Of a DNA stretch of 64,000 nucleotides, positions 1-6,910 are shown one piece after another. Numbering within the stretch: the first letter of the stretch is position 1; every line of letters begins with the position of its first letter. The notes below the pieces were generated by a model that saw nothing but the letters and a program-made list of their open reading frames with translations, did no database searches and was not told the DNA's origin. Origin of the DNA: an uncultured virus (IMG/VR IMGVR_UViG_3300008111_000024) (Duplodnaviria > Heunggongvirae > Uroviricota > Caudoviricetes); the IMG/VR virus record IMGVR_UViG_3300008111_000024; one strand, 5' to 3'. A program made the position numbers and the translations under genes.

Positions 1-34
1 TATAATCCTTTGTTCTTTCTTAGTCAAATTTTTG

Positions 35-120
35 CGGAAGATGTTGGGCTCGAACCAACGCGACTTTTACATCCTACCTGTTTAGCAAACAGGCCCCTTC
101 ACCAACTTGGGTAATCTTCC
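35..120 (-). tRNA. tRNA-Ser(GCU)
   Basis: Cloverleaf GGAAGAT/ATCTTCC, anticodon arm CCTGT-TTGCTAA-ACAGG, long variable arm, TTCGA T-loop. Confidence 0.95.
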
Positions 121-125
121 AATAG

Positions 126-197
126 TAGTCCCTGAGGGATTCGAACCCCCTCTAAAACATCCGTAGTGTTTCGTGCTCTCCGTTACACCAAGGGACT
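126..197 (-). tRNA. tRNA-Arg(ACG)
   Basis: Anticodon arm AAACA-CTACGGA-TGTTT, T-loop TTCGAAT. Confidence 0.93.
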
Positions 198-222
198 ATA
201 CTTCCGTTAATCGTGGGGTCTT

Positions 223-310
223 TGGCGGAGGAAGTAGGATTCGAACCTACGGTACCTTTCGGTACGCTAGTTTTCAAGACTAGTGCAATCGACCACTCTG
301 CCATTCCTCC
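223..310 (-). tRNA. tRNA-Ser(UGA), CCA encoded
   Basis: Anticodon arm CTAGT-CTTGAAA-ACTAG, long variable arm. Confidence 0.95.
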
Positions 311-314
311 TTTT

Positions 315-390
315 TGGGTGAATAACGGGAATCGAACCCGTGACACCTTGGACCACAACCAAGTACTCTTCCAACTGAGCTATATCCACC
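315..390 (-). tRNA. tRNA-His(GUG)
   Basis: Anticodon arm CTTGG-TTGTGGT-CCAAG, G-1 and C73. Confidence 0.95.
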
Positions 391-394
391 ATAT

Positions 395-604
395 TAGCGT
401 TCAATCATTTCTGACGGTCCCCAATACCGAATTTCAGCGGCAACTCACCAATTTCGTGAGGGGTTAGAACTTGTGTGTTAACTTACTCCTGTTACTGGTA
501 CACTAACCAACCGACTTAGATTCAAGTAATCGGCTCAGGTCCCTATGGTTGTAACACCACTTCTCATCATTCGGGAGCAAACTAGTCGTATACTACTCGA
601 CTCG
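395..604 (-). ncRNA. Unassigned structured RNA (~200 nt) within tRNA operon 1
   Basis: GC-richer than coding DNA; hairpins AGTCG/CGACT, CCGATT/AGTCGG, GGTTAG/CTAACC, CTCAC/GTGAG; no credible ORF. Confidence 0.55.
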
Positions 605-606
605 TG

Positions 607-740
607 TAGTCAAGGTCGGACTCGAACCGAATACCGTTCAAGACGGATTAGACAACCTTACGACTCCATAGAACCCACAAGTGTCTGGGACTATTGGTCT
701 TGGGGACTCGGGTACCATCCCTCATTACGCCCACTCGACT
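607..740 (-). ncRNA. tRNA-like RNA (134 nt) with expanded central domain
   Basis: Acceptor-like stem AGTCGAG/CTTGACT, T-arm TCGG-TTCGAGT-CCGA, variable-arm hairpin CCGT/ACGG, no canonical anticodon loop. Confidence 0.6.
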
Positions 741-814
741 ATTACCCCACTTCACCAGGTTAACGGACTGGCTGCCATATGGGAGTGGGGGTTTCCTGTT
801 ATTTCAGGACTCCG

Positions 815-887
815 TGGAACGGGGCGGAATCGAACCGCCGACACCTTGCTCTTCAGGCAAGTGCTCTACCAACTGAGCTACCGTTCC
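815..887 (-). tRNA. tRNA-Phe(GAA)
   Basis: Anticodon arm CTTGC-CTGAAGA-GCAAG. Confidence 0.95.
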
Positions 888-892
888 AATTA

Positions 893-1115
893 TGATAATG
901 TTGGAGTACCCATCTCGCTCCAATCTTAACTGCTTAATCGTAGTTTTACGAGGCCTCGGCAGAGGGTGCTGAATTCCGATTCCACTCTGGATTGTCGACA
1001 TCCGTTGAATGGGGAAAACCATTATCAGTATTTTAAAATCACTTTCGCCCCCTGTATAGACATACGTCGGATGCTTAAGGTCAGCCTTAACTGTTAAGGG
1101 AGCCACCCGTGATTT
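893..1115 (-). ncRNA. Two adjacent structured RNA modules
   Basis: Closing stems TGATAATG/CATTATCA (about 893-1027) and AAATCAC/GTGATTT (about 1036-1115) with internal hairpins such as TTGGAG/CTCCAA. Confidence 0.55.
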
Positions 1116-1126
1116 GTTTTTTTTTT

Positions 1127-1207
1127 TCAAAGAACTCTCTCGTCAGGGGGAGTAGGCCACCAACCTACCAACTACCTACTCCCCCGTCATTTGTGTATAC
1201 AAAGATA
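1127..1207 (-). promoter_or_regulatory. Internal host-type promoter (TATCTTTG), GC hairpin and boxA-like site
   Basis: TATCTTTG at 1207-1200; hairpin GGGGGAGTAGG/CCTACTCCCCC; AGTTCTTTGA at 1136-1127. Confidence 0.65.
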
Positions 1208-1242
1208 CAACTTTTTTTCTAATCCACAATATTTTTTTTTAA

Positions 1243-1302
1243 ACTTCCGAGTTTGGACGTGTTTTACTTCCGAGTTTGGACGTGTTTTACTACCGAGTTT
1301 GG
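1243..1302. repeat. 23-bp tandem repeat, about 2.6 copies
   Basis: ACTTCCGAGTTTGGACGTGTTTT x2 followed by ACTACCGAGTTTGG. Confidence 0.9.
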
Positions 1303-1310
1303 CATTTTTG

Positions 1311-1385
1311 TAGTCCCTGTAGGATTCGAACCTACGACCCCTTCCGTGTAAAAGAAGTGCTCTAAACCAACTGAGCTAAGGAACT
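1311..1385 (-). tRNA. tRNA-Val(UAC)
   Basis: Anticodon arm CTTCT-TTTACAC-GGAAG. Confidence 0.93.
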
Positions 1386-1391
1386 ATTAAG

Positions 1392-1461
1392 TTGCGTGTT
1401 CGGGGTTCGAACCCGATTAACCTTCCTTATGAGAGAAAGTTCTTTTCCTCTAAGCCACGCA
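1392..1461 (-). tRNA. tRNA-Met(CAU), atypical short D-arm
   Basis: Loop CTCATAA, T-arm TCGGG-TTCGAAC-CCCGA, acceptor TGCGTG/CACGCA; only 70 nt. Confidence 0.75.
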
Positions 1462-1469
1462 ATTTGTTG

Positions 1470-1540
1470 TTGTCCCTGAAGGATTCGAACCTCCACTAGG
1501 TGGACCAAAACCACCTGTCCTGCCATTAGACGAAAGGACA
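1470..1540 (-). tRNA. tRNA-Gln(UUG)
   Basis: Anticodon arm GGTGG-TTTTGGT-CCACC. Confidence 0.95.
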
Positions 1541-1548
1541 ATTTAAAG

Positions 1549-1629
1549 TGGGAGTGGAGGGATTCGAACCCCCAATGTCGTAAGACCACTGATTTACAGT
1601 CAGCTAAGCAACCGTTGCTCAACACTCCC
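1549..1629 (-). tRNA. tRNA-Tyr(GUA)
   Basis: Anticodon arm GCTGA-CTGTAAA-TCAGT, long variable arm. Confidence 0.93.
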
Positions 1630-1632
1630 AAT

Positions 1633-1766
1633 TTAGGAAAACAGAAGATGGTTCAGTGGACATCTGTTTTTACGATTAGCATTACTCGGGTGAATACCTG
1701 CAAACTCCGATTGTACTAGTCGGTATTCACTCTCGAACTATCAGTACAATCATTCCCTAATCAACC
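1633..1766 (-). ncRNA. Unassigned structured RNA (~130 nt), possible pseudoknot
   Basis: Closing stem TTAGGGAA/TTTCCTAA; crossing helices GATTGTACT/AGTACAATC and GTGAATACC/GGTATTCAC. Confidence 0.6.
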
Positions 1767-1767
1767 T

Positions 1768-2307
1768 TTATATTGTTATTAAATTATCGTGTATTTCACA
1801 ATGACAATTAGAACAAACTAACATACATTTATCAACCTCATTTTTTAATTTATCAAACGATAAACTTTTACCCGATATTGAAAAATCTTTTTCTAACGGA
1901 TTTTTATGATGAAATTGTAACGCTCTATTACATTTATCATAACCACAAATTTCACATTTACCCCCTTTATATTCAATCAGTTTTATTTTAGTTCTTTTCC
2001 TCCATAAAATAACAGATTCGGAAGATGTTACTGTTTTAACTTTTTGTTTTGTCTTAACATATTTTTGTACGGTTTCAAAAGACCTCCCTGTTATTTTAGC
2101 AACTTTTTTAAGTGAACCAAATTCATCATACATTTTTTGAAATTCAACAATTTCGGCCTCAGTTACCTTTTGATTATTATCCCCTAAACCATTTAATGTA
2201 CAATGGTATGATATTGTTGACATTGCACACCCAATAATGTTTTTAATTTCTTTATAAGTTTTACCTTCTTTCCTTAAGATGATTATTTTTTCCGAATATC
2301 TTTCCAT
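1768..2307 (-). CDS. Free-standing HNH homing endonuclease with N-terminal HTH repeats
   Basis: GGKCEICGY...LQFHH...KCMLVCSNCHCEIH; sits between RNA genes; upstream TATTTAT motif. Confidence 0.85.
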   Translation of the reverse strand: MERYSEKIIILRKEGKTYKEIKNIIGCAMSTISYHCTLNGLGDNNQKVTEAEIVEFQKMYDEFGSLKKVAKITGRSFETVQKYVKTKQKVKTVTSSESVILWRKRTKIKLIEYKGGKCEICGYDKCNRALQFHHKNPLEKDFSISGKSLSFDKLKNEVDKCMLVCSNCHCEIHDNLITI

Positions 2308-2356
2308 AATATTAACATTTTATATTAATAAATATTAGAAAGTTCGTAAATGTTCG

Positions 2357-2440
2357 CTGACACGGTAGGATTCGAACCTACGATGTGGTTTCCCAGTCAG
2401 GTTAACAGCCTGATGCTCTCGGCCTCTGAGCGACGTGTCA
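2357..2440 (-). tRNA. tRNA-Asn(GUU) with long variable arm
   Basis: Anticodon arm TCAGG-CTGTTAA-CCTGA; extra hairpin TGG-GAAA-CCA; 84 nt. Confidence 0.9.
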
Positions 2441-2444
2441 ATTT

Positions 2445-2519
2445 TGGCACGGGTGGAGAATTACGATATCCCGACACCTGGTTTTGGAGACCAGTGCTCT
2501 GCCCCTGAGCTACACCCGT
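2445..2519 (-). tRNA. tRNA-Trp(CCA), atypical T-loop, CCA encoded
   Basis: Anticodon arm CTGGT-CTCCAAA-ACCAG; T-loop ATCGTAA. Confidence 0.88.
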
Positions 2520-2525
2520 GTGTGT

Positions 2526-2747
2526 TTATTTCCATTGGGTTTTACGATTGTATTTCCAAGTTTTATACTCTCGTACCTTTTGCCAAGGAATTCTTTTATT
2601 TGGATTCTTATATCCCCTCTTCCAATAAGGATAAAAGTTGTATCCCTCATCCCAATACAATGGATACCATTCATTGAGGGAAATTAAGTGGTAATCCCTA
2701 CCACATTCTGCGTTTTTGAGCTTGGCTCTGTTTCTGTGTTTTGACAT
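2526..2747 (-). CDS. Small basic, Trp/Tyr-rich hypothetical protein
   Basis: 73-aa ORF co-oriented between tRNA-Cys and tRNA-Trp. Confidence 0.65.
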   Translation of the reverse strand: MSKHRNRAKLKNAECGRDYHLISLNEWYPLYWDEGYNFYPYWKRGYKNPNKRIPWQKVREYKTWKYNRKTQWK

Positions 2748-2805
2748 ATTCTATTGAGTTTACTCAACAGAAGTCATTTTCTTTTTTCATAATATTAATT
2801 TTTAG

Positions 2806-2879
2806 AGGTCAGAGTCGGATTCGAACCGACGAATACTTGTTTTGCAGACAAGCCCCTTAAACCACTTGGGTATCTGACC
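2806..2879 (-). tRNA. tRNA-Cys(GCA)
   Basis: Anticodon arm CTTGT-CTGCAAA-ACAAG, U73. Confidence 0.95.
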
Positions 2880-2883
2880 GTAG

Positions 2884-2958
2884 TGTCCCCGACAGGACTC
2901 GAACCTGTGACTCCCTCATTAAAAGTGAGGTGCTCTAAACCAACTGAGCTACGAAGAC
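2884..2958 (-). tRNA. tRNA-Lys(UUU)
   Basis: Anticodon arm CCTCA-CTTTTAA-TGAGG. Confidence 0.95.
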
Positions 2959-2964
2959 ATTAAG

Positions 2965-3038
2965 TTGTCACAGATGGGCTCGAACCATCGACCTTTCGCG
3001 TATCAGGCGAACGCTCTAACCAACTGAGCTATGTGACA
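2965..3038 (-). tRNA. tRNA-Ile(GAU)
   Basis: Anticodon arm TTCGC-CTGATAC-GCGAA. Confidence 0.95.
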
Positions 3039-3044
3039 ATGTAG

Positions 3045-3116
3045 TCGGGGTAGCAGGGGTCGAACCTGCCGCCTCTTGGTCCCAAACCAAGCGTCTCTCC
3101 CCAAGACTATACCCCG
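3045..3116 (-). tRNA. tRNA-Pro(UGG)
   Basis: Anticodon arm CTTGG-TTTGGGA-CCAAG, C1-G72. Confidence 0.92.
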
Positions 3117-3136
3117 ATTATATACTTACCAATATG

Positions 3137-3146
3137 TCAAAGAACA
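3137..3146 (-). promoter_or_regulatory. boxA-like antitermination site
   Basis: TGTTCTTTGA(CATATTGG), recurring ahead of the other tRNA units. Confidence 0.6.
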
Positions 3147-3148
3147 CT

Positions 3149-3190
3149 AAAAACAAAAAACCCCCGAACTTATGATGGTTCGAGGGTTTT
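3149..3190 (-). terminator. Attenuator terminator of tRNA operon 1
   Basis: AAAACCCTCGAAC-catcataa-GTTCGGGGGTTTT followed by U-tract; 5' arm TCGAACCA is complementary to TGGTTCGA in the leader ORF. Confidence 0.85.
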
Positions 3191-3216
3191 GATGTTTGTT
3201 ATTTATTAACTTAATC

Positions 3217-3333
3217 TTATCCTAAATCTGTGTTATTAACAACAGTCGAACCAATAGATGACATACGCGGATACCAGCAATTACTAAATTGCGATTTCAC
3301 GTTAATGACCATATGTTGTTTATTAGTTCTCAT
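3217..3333 (-). CDS. Leader peptide 1 (38 aa, MRTNKQHMVINVKSQFSNCWYPRMSSIGSTVVNNTDLG)
   Basis: Between promoter and terminator; codons match operon 1 anticodons; not in ORF track. Confidence 0.85.
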   Translation of the reverse strand: MRTNKQHMVINVKSQFSNCWYPRMSSIGSTVVNNTDLG

Positions 3334-3369
3334 TGTTGTATTTTTTAATTGTTTTTCTTATAACTATTA

Positions 3370-3400
3370 CAAAGGTACAAAAAGTTTCGTAATTGTCAAA
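3370..3400 (-). promoter_or_regulatory. Bacteroidota-type primary sigma promoter for leader 1 / operon 1
   Basis: TTTG-N19-TACCTTTG. Confidence 0.85.
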
Positions 3401-3420
3401 CAATTTTAATTATTTTTTTA

Positions 3421-5019
3421 TTAAGCCCCTCCTGTATTTGATTTATCTATGTTTTTAGCAGTGCTCATTGCGTAAGATTTTGCCTGTCCTTTAACAAGTT
3501 TACCAACTTCTTTTTTACTGGTTGGTACTTTGATATCTACACCTGTCTTTTCTTTTATTTTGTCCGCTAATGCTTCTTCACCTTTATTTTTGGCAATATT
3601 TAACATCTCTTGTACAGTCTTATTACTACTTTGTTTCTTAATAAAGTTGTCAGTAACTTGTTTAAATTCGTTTTTATGTTGATTGATTGTCTGTATAATC
3701 TTAATCTCTTCAGGATTAAACGGTATTTTATTAATAGTTTTTTCAGCGATTTTTTCAAATGTTGCCGCTCCAACATTTTTAAGTGCGGGTATTTCAGATG
3801 CAAATGGTACGATACTAAATGCAAGAGTAAGTCCTGCTTCAGCTTTCTTCCCTTGAGAGAAGTAGATTGCGGAATCCGCAACACCAAGACCCGCGGCAAG
3901 TAAAGGGCCAACAAACGGTATAAACATACTCGCTATCTGTAAGTTTTCAATTACTTTATGTCCTTCTTCGGCAGTTAAACCTCCACCAACACAGGTTGGT
4001 TTTGCCCTATCATAAACACCTTTAATTTGAGACGCATTAACTGAATTGTAGAAAGCTGCCATAAAATTATAAACACCTTCAGGAAAATATACAGTAGCGT
4101 TACTTTCTGTACTATTTAAAACATCTTTAAGTAAGTCGTTCCATTTAAAATAAAAGTCCGACAGTATAAAATTAGCATATAACGGAGTTATTTTATTTTT
4201 ATTTTGTGTCCATATAGGTGATTGAGGATTATTAATCATATCCTTTATTGACGTATCATATGATGACAATTTTTTACTTGTCATTTTAACATTACCTAAA
4301 GAACTTAATCCAATTTGTAAACATTCGGTATTATTCCAACCTAATCTATTTGTTTGGATGTCGGTTAAATATTTCATACTATAAAGTGCCGCTAAATTAT
4401 AATGTTGGTTAGGGCTACTTGGTTTCCAAAAAGTATATCCACCAAAACTATCAACAATAAGTCCTTGCGATTTTAAAAATTGGTAGTTTTTTTGGTATTC
4501 AGTACTTGTTTCATAACAAGCCTTACCTCCTTTAGAATTTACAAACTGTCCGTTTTTAGAACAATACTCATCTCTTTCTTTCTTTTGTTTTTGTTCTTCC
4601 CATTTAGAAGCGTTCTCCCAATAATATTGGTCTCCAAAAGATTTACCACATAAATTTTTAGATAAGTAACCTGATAAAACCTTTGTCTTATCATAGTACC
4701 AAGACTTAGATACCGAGTTCCAAAATTTACCAGCATTGTTACCTGTACAATAGTAAACTGTGGAAGGAACTATTTTATTACCATTTTTTCTATCAACTGA
4801 TGCAGTAAAAGATGCTCCACCTGTTGATTTATCTTTTTTATCTCCGTATTGATGAGCGGTAAATCGAGTACCTTTAGGTATTTTAAGTTCACCACCAAGC
4901 ATAGTATTTTTAGTTAAAATTCTATCTTTAACTAACGTATATGTTTGATTGGCAGGTTTAGGTTTAGTTGCCTGTTCAATAATACTTTTAAACTGATTTT
5001 CGGTAATGATTACTCTCAC
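3421..5019 (-). CDS. Large hypothetical protein, putative virion cargo with hydrophobic helical hairpin
   Basis: 532 aa; N-terminal MRVIITENQFKSIIEQ; hydrophobic segment FIPFVGPLLAAGLGVAD; TATTTAT-N4-GTG start. Confidence 0.8.
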   Translation of the reverse strand: MRVIITENQFKSIIEQATKPKPANQTYTLVKDRILTKNTMLGGELKIPKGTRFTAHQYGDKKDKSTGGASFTASVDRKNGNKIVPSTVYYCTGNNAGKFWNSVSKSWYYDKTKVLSGYLSKNLCGKSFGDQYYWENASKWEEQKQKKERDEYCSKNGQFVNSKGGKACYETSTEYQKNYQFLKSQGLIVDSFGGYTFWKPSSPNQHYNLAALYSMKYLTDIQTNRLGWNNTECLQIGLSSLGNVKMTSKKLSSYDTSIKDMINNPQSPIWTQNKNKITPLYANFILSDFYFKWNDLLKDVLNSTESNATVYFPEGVYNFMAAFYNSVNASQIKGVYDRAKPTCVGGGLTAEEGHKVIENLQIASMFIPFVGPLLAAGLGVADSAIYFSQGKKAEAGLTLAFSIVPFASEIPALKNVGAATFEKIAEKTINKIPFNPEEIKIIQTINQHKNEFKQVTDNFIKKQSSNKTVQEMLNIAKNKGEEALADKIKEKTGVDIKVPTSKKEVGKLVKGQAKSYAMSTAKNIDKSNTGGA

Positions 5020-5042
5020 ACTTATAAATACCTTGAGAGTAT

Positions 5043-5568
5043 AAAAAAAGAAAGGTTCTAAATCATCCCCACGCCATTTTGGGAGAACCTTTCAAGTTTA
5101 AGTAGTTTGGCGGTCTATTATCCCACACCGATATGCCCAAGATTTGTTGGACCATAGTAACCATCCACGGTGGGTCTCTTGTACTTTGGTCCGTCTGTCA
5201 TCATACCCATCCACCTTACGGCTTCTACACAGGTACTCTTTTCACCATTTCCTCAGGACATCTTCACCCTACCCCCAAAGTTACGTGGTGAGTCTCACTC
5301 GGAAGCTGAGTGTGTATTGTAGAATTGTCCAGTATTTCTACAACTTGTAGATTGTATTACGACTAATTAAAGCCCCTCACCCCCTCAATCTATAATGGGG
5401 AATCCTTGTAACCTGTGTAGCCTCCCCCATAGCCTTGAAGCCTTCAAGTCAGGTTCACACACCATAACGGTCGGATACTTCCGTTATTCGTGGGGTCTTA
5501 AGTAGAGTATGACGTATGCTCGTCCTGTAGTTGTTTCCATCCGCGGACTCACGGTTCTCTCTACTTTG
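5043..5568 (-). ncRNA. Large (~520 nt) structured non-coding RNA with its own promoter and terminator
   Basis: TTTG-N20-TATATTTG at 5605-5574; raised GC; helices AAGTAGAG/CTCTACTT, ATAACGG/CCGTTAT, TTGTAGAA/TTCTACAA; ends GAAAGGTTCT/AGAACCTTTC plus U-tract. Confidence 0.7.
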
Positions 5569-5608
5569 TCTTACAAATATATGAATTTTGTTTTAAGTCG
5601 TCAAACAA

Positions 5609-6100
5609 TTAGTTTAAAAAAGATAAAACTTTTTCTTTAATACCTGATTGTTTTAATCCTTCATTACCTTTCGGTGTAAGTACAAAATTATCTAATCCCC
5701 AATCGTGAGTAAANNNNNNNNNNNNNNNNNNNNNNNNNAAATCCCATTGTCTAGACCAAGGAAAATCCTCACCATAATTGTTACACTCACTTAAGTTTGG
5801 AGTAAACGCAATTGGTTTTTTGACAATCCCTTGAGATTCATAGTATTGTCCCATCTCCTCAACGGTTGCCCATCTTTTCCAATCTGAAGATACAACAATT
5901 TCAGCACCCGTTAATTCCAATATTTCATTAAGAACTTTAATAGCTTTCTTATTGAAATTGTCAAAACGATACTCCATAGGTATTTGCGTTGGGGTTGTAG
6001 ACAACCTTAGTTCTCCCCATTTTTTTTGTTTCTTGTAACGACCACCCCACTCTGTGGATAGACAGATTACTCCATCGTGGTCTAAAAATATAACTTTCAT
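5609..6100 (-). CDS. HAD-family phosphatase (Swiss-Army-knife RNA-repair HAD type), interrupted by an assembly gap
   Basis: VIFLDHDGV, IVVSSDWK; N-run at 5714-5738. Confidence 0.8.
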   Translation of the reverse strand: MKVIFLDHDGVICLSTEWGGRYKKQKKWGELRLSTTPTQIPMEYRFDNFNKKAIKVLNEILELTGAEIVVSSDWKRWATVEEMGQYYESQGIVKKPIAFTPNLSECNNYGEDFPWSRQWDXXXXXXXXXFTHDWGLDNFVLTPKGNEGLKQSGIKEKVLSFLN

Positions 6101-6101
6101 A

Positions 6102-6734
6102 TTATGTGTTCCTTGTTAAACGTTCATAGTTTGATTTGTTCTCGAATTGGCGTTCAATTCTATATAAGTGATTTGGGTTTAATCCAAACCACGGGTCTGA
6201 GTGGTGAAACTTATTAAATTGTTCAGGTAACATATCTGAGTCATCGTCTAAGATGGCGTAGTCCTCAACCTCAGGATGTTTATCCAACCACTCTTGGATT
6301 TCCTGACCCCTTAAAGTTCTTCGTTCACCAGTGATTCCAACAAAGGTACCTTCATTAAAACCAAGCTCAACTAAAGCATCTTCCCATCTCTCAGGTGTGG
6401 AGACATAACCTTCAGTACCAAAATGATGTTTCCATACTGAAGAAACACAAATCTTAGTACCTGTCTTATTACACCACTCACTAAGCCACTTCCATTTCTG
6501 TTGACAAGTCTCTTCTTGTAATCTCTCAAATTGGTAATTAAATGTATAAAAGTTTTTAGGTGGTTTATAATCTGTTAATGAAACCCCTTTAGACTCAATT
6601 CTAAATAATTTTCTAACCAATCGTTTTATTTCATACCACCAAGTAATAGGTTTCCTCCAACGTCTTTTATGTCTTTCTTGATAAAAGACTCTAGAGTTCA
6701 TAACACCATCAATATCTAAAAATAAGACTTTCAC
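6102..6734 (-). CDS. HAD-family phosphatase (Swiss-Army-knife RNA-repair HAD type)
   Basis: VLFLDIDGV, ICVSSVWK, RGQEIQEWL, YAILDDDSD. Confidence 0.85.
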   Translation of the reverse strand: MKVLFLDIDGVMNSRVFYQERHKRRWRKPITWWYEIKRLVRKLFRIESKGVSLTDYKPPKNFYTFNYQFERLQEETCQQKWKWLSEWCNKTGTKICVSSVWKHHFGTEGYVSTPERWEDALVELGFNEGTFVGITGERRTLRGQEIQEWLDKHPEVEDYAILDDDSDMLPEQFNKFHHSDPWFGLNPNHLYRIERQFENKSNYERLTRNT

Positions 6735-6736
6735 AG

Positions 6737-6904
6737 TTAATTTTTAATTACATAACCCATATTGTGAAAAATTAACACCATACCTATAAATGATAGGATG
6801 ATACAGATTAATTTCATAATCACATCTAAAAATGTTTTCTTACTCCAAATAACTCCAAAAAAGAAGAATATTAAGGTTGCGATAATGTTGAATATTAGTT
6901 GCAT
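6737..6904 (-). CDS. Small membrane protein (55 aa, MQLIFNIIATLIFF...)
   Basis: Hand-translated ORF filling the gap; two hydrophobic segments. Confidence 0.65.
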   Translation of the reverse strand: MQLIFNIIATLIFFFFGVIWSKKTFLDVIMKLICIILSFIGMVLIFHNMGYVIKN

Positions 6905-6910
6905 ATTTTG

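Noticed and set aside
1243..1302. Possible CRISPR array
   Set aside because: Direct tandem repeats without spacers, and no cas genes in the window.
152..1631. Track ORFs 152-358, 213-467, 545-763, 681-929, 694-876, 804-1130 and 1362-1631
   Set aside because: They overlap tRNA or structured RNA genes and are shadow frames of GC-rich RNA.
5144..5350. Track ORF of 68 aa on the + strand; also RNase P, tmRNA or hammerhead identity for the large RNA
   Set aside because: The ORF is antisense to a promoter-defined unit. No GAGGAAAGUCC, no T-arm with tag reading frame, and CTGAGGA lacks the hammerhead stem II.
5714..5738. Run of N inside the HAD gene
   Set aside because: Assembly gap, not biology; the true gene is probably longer.
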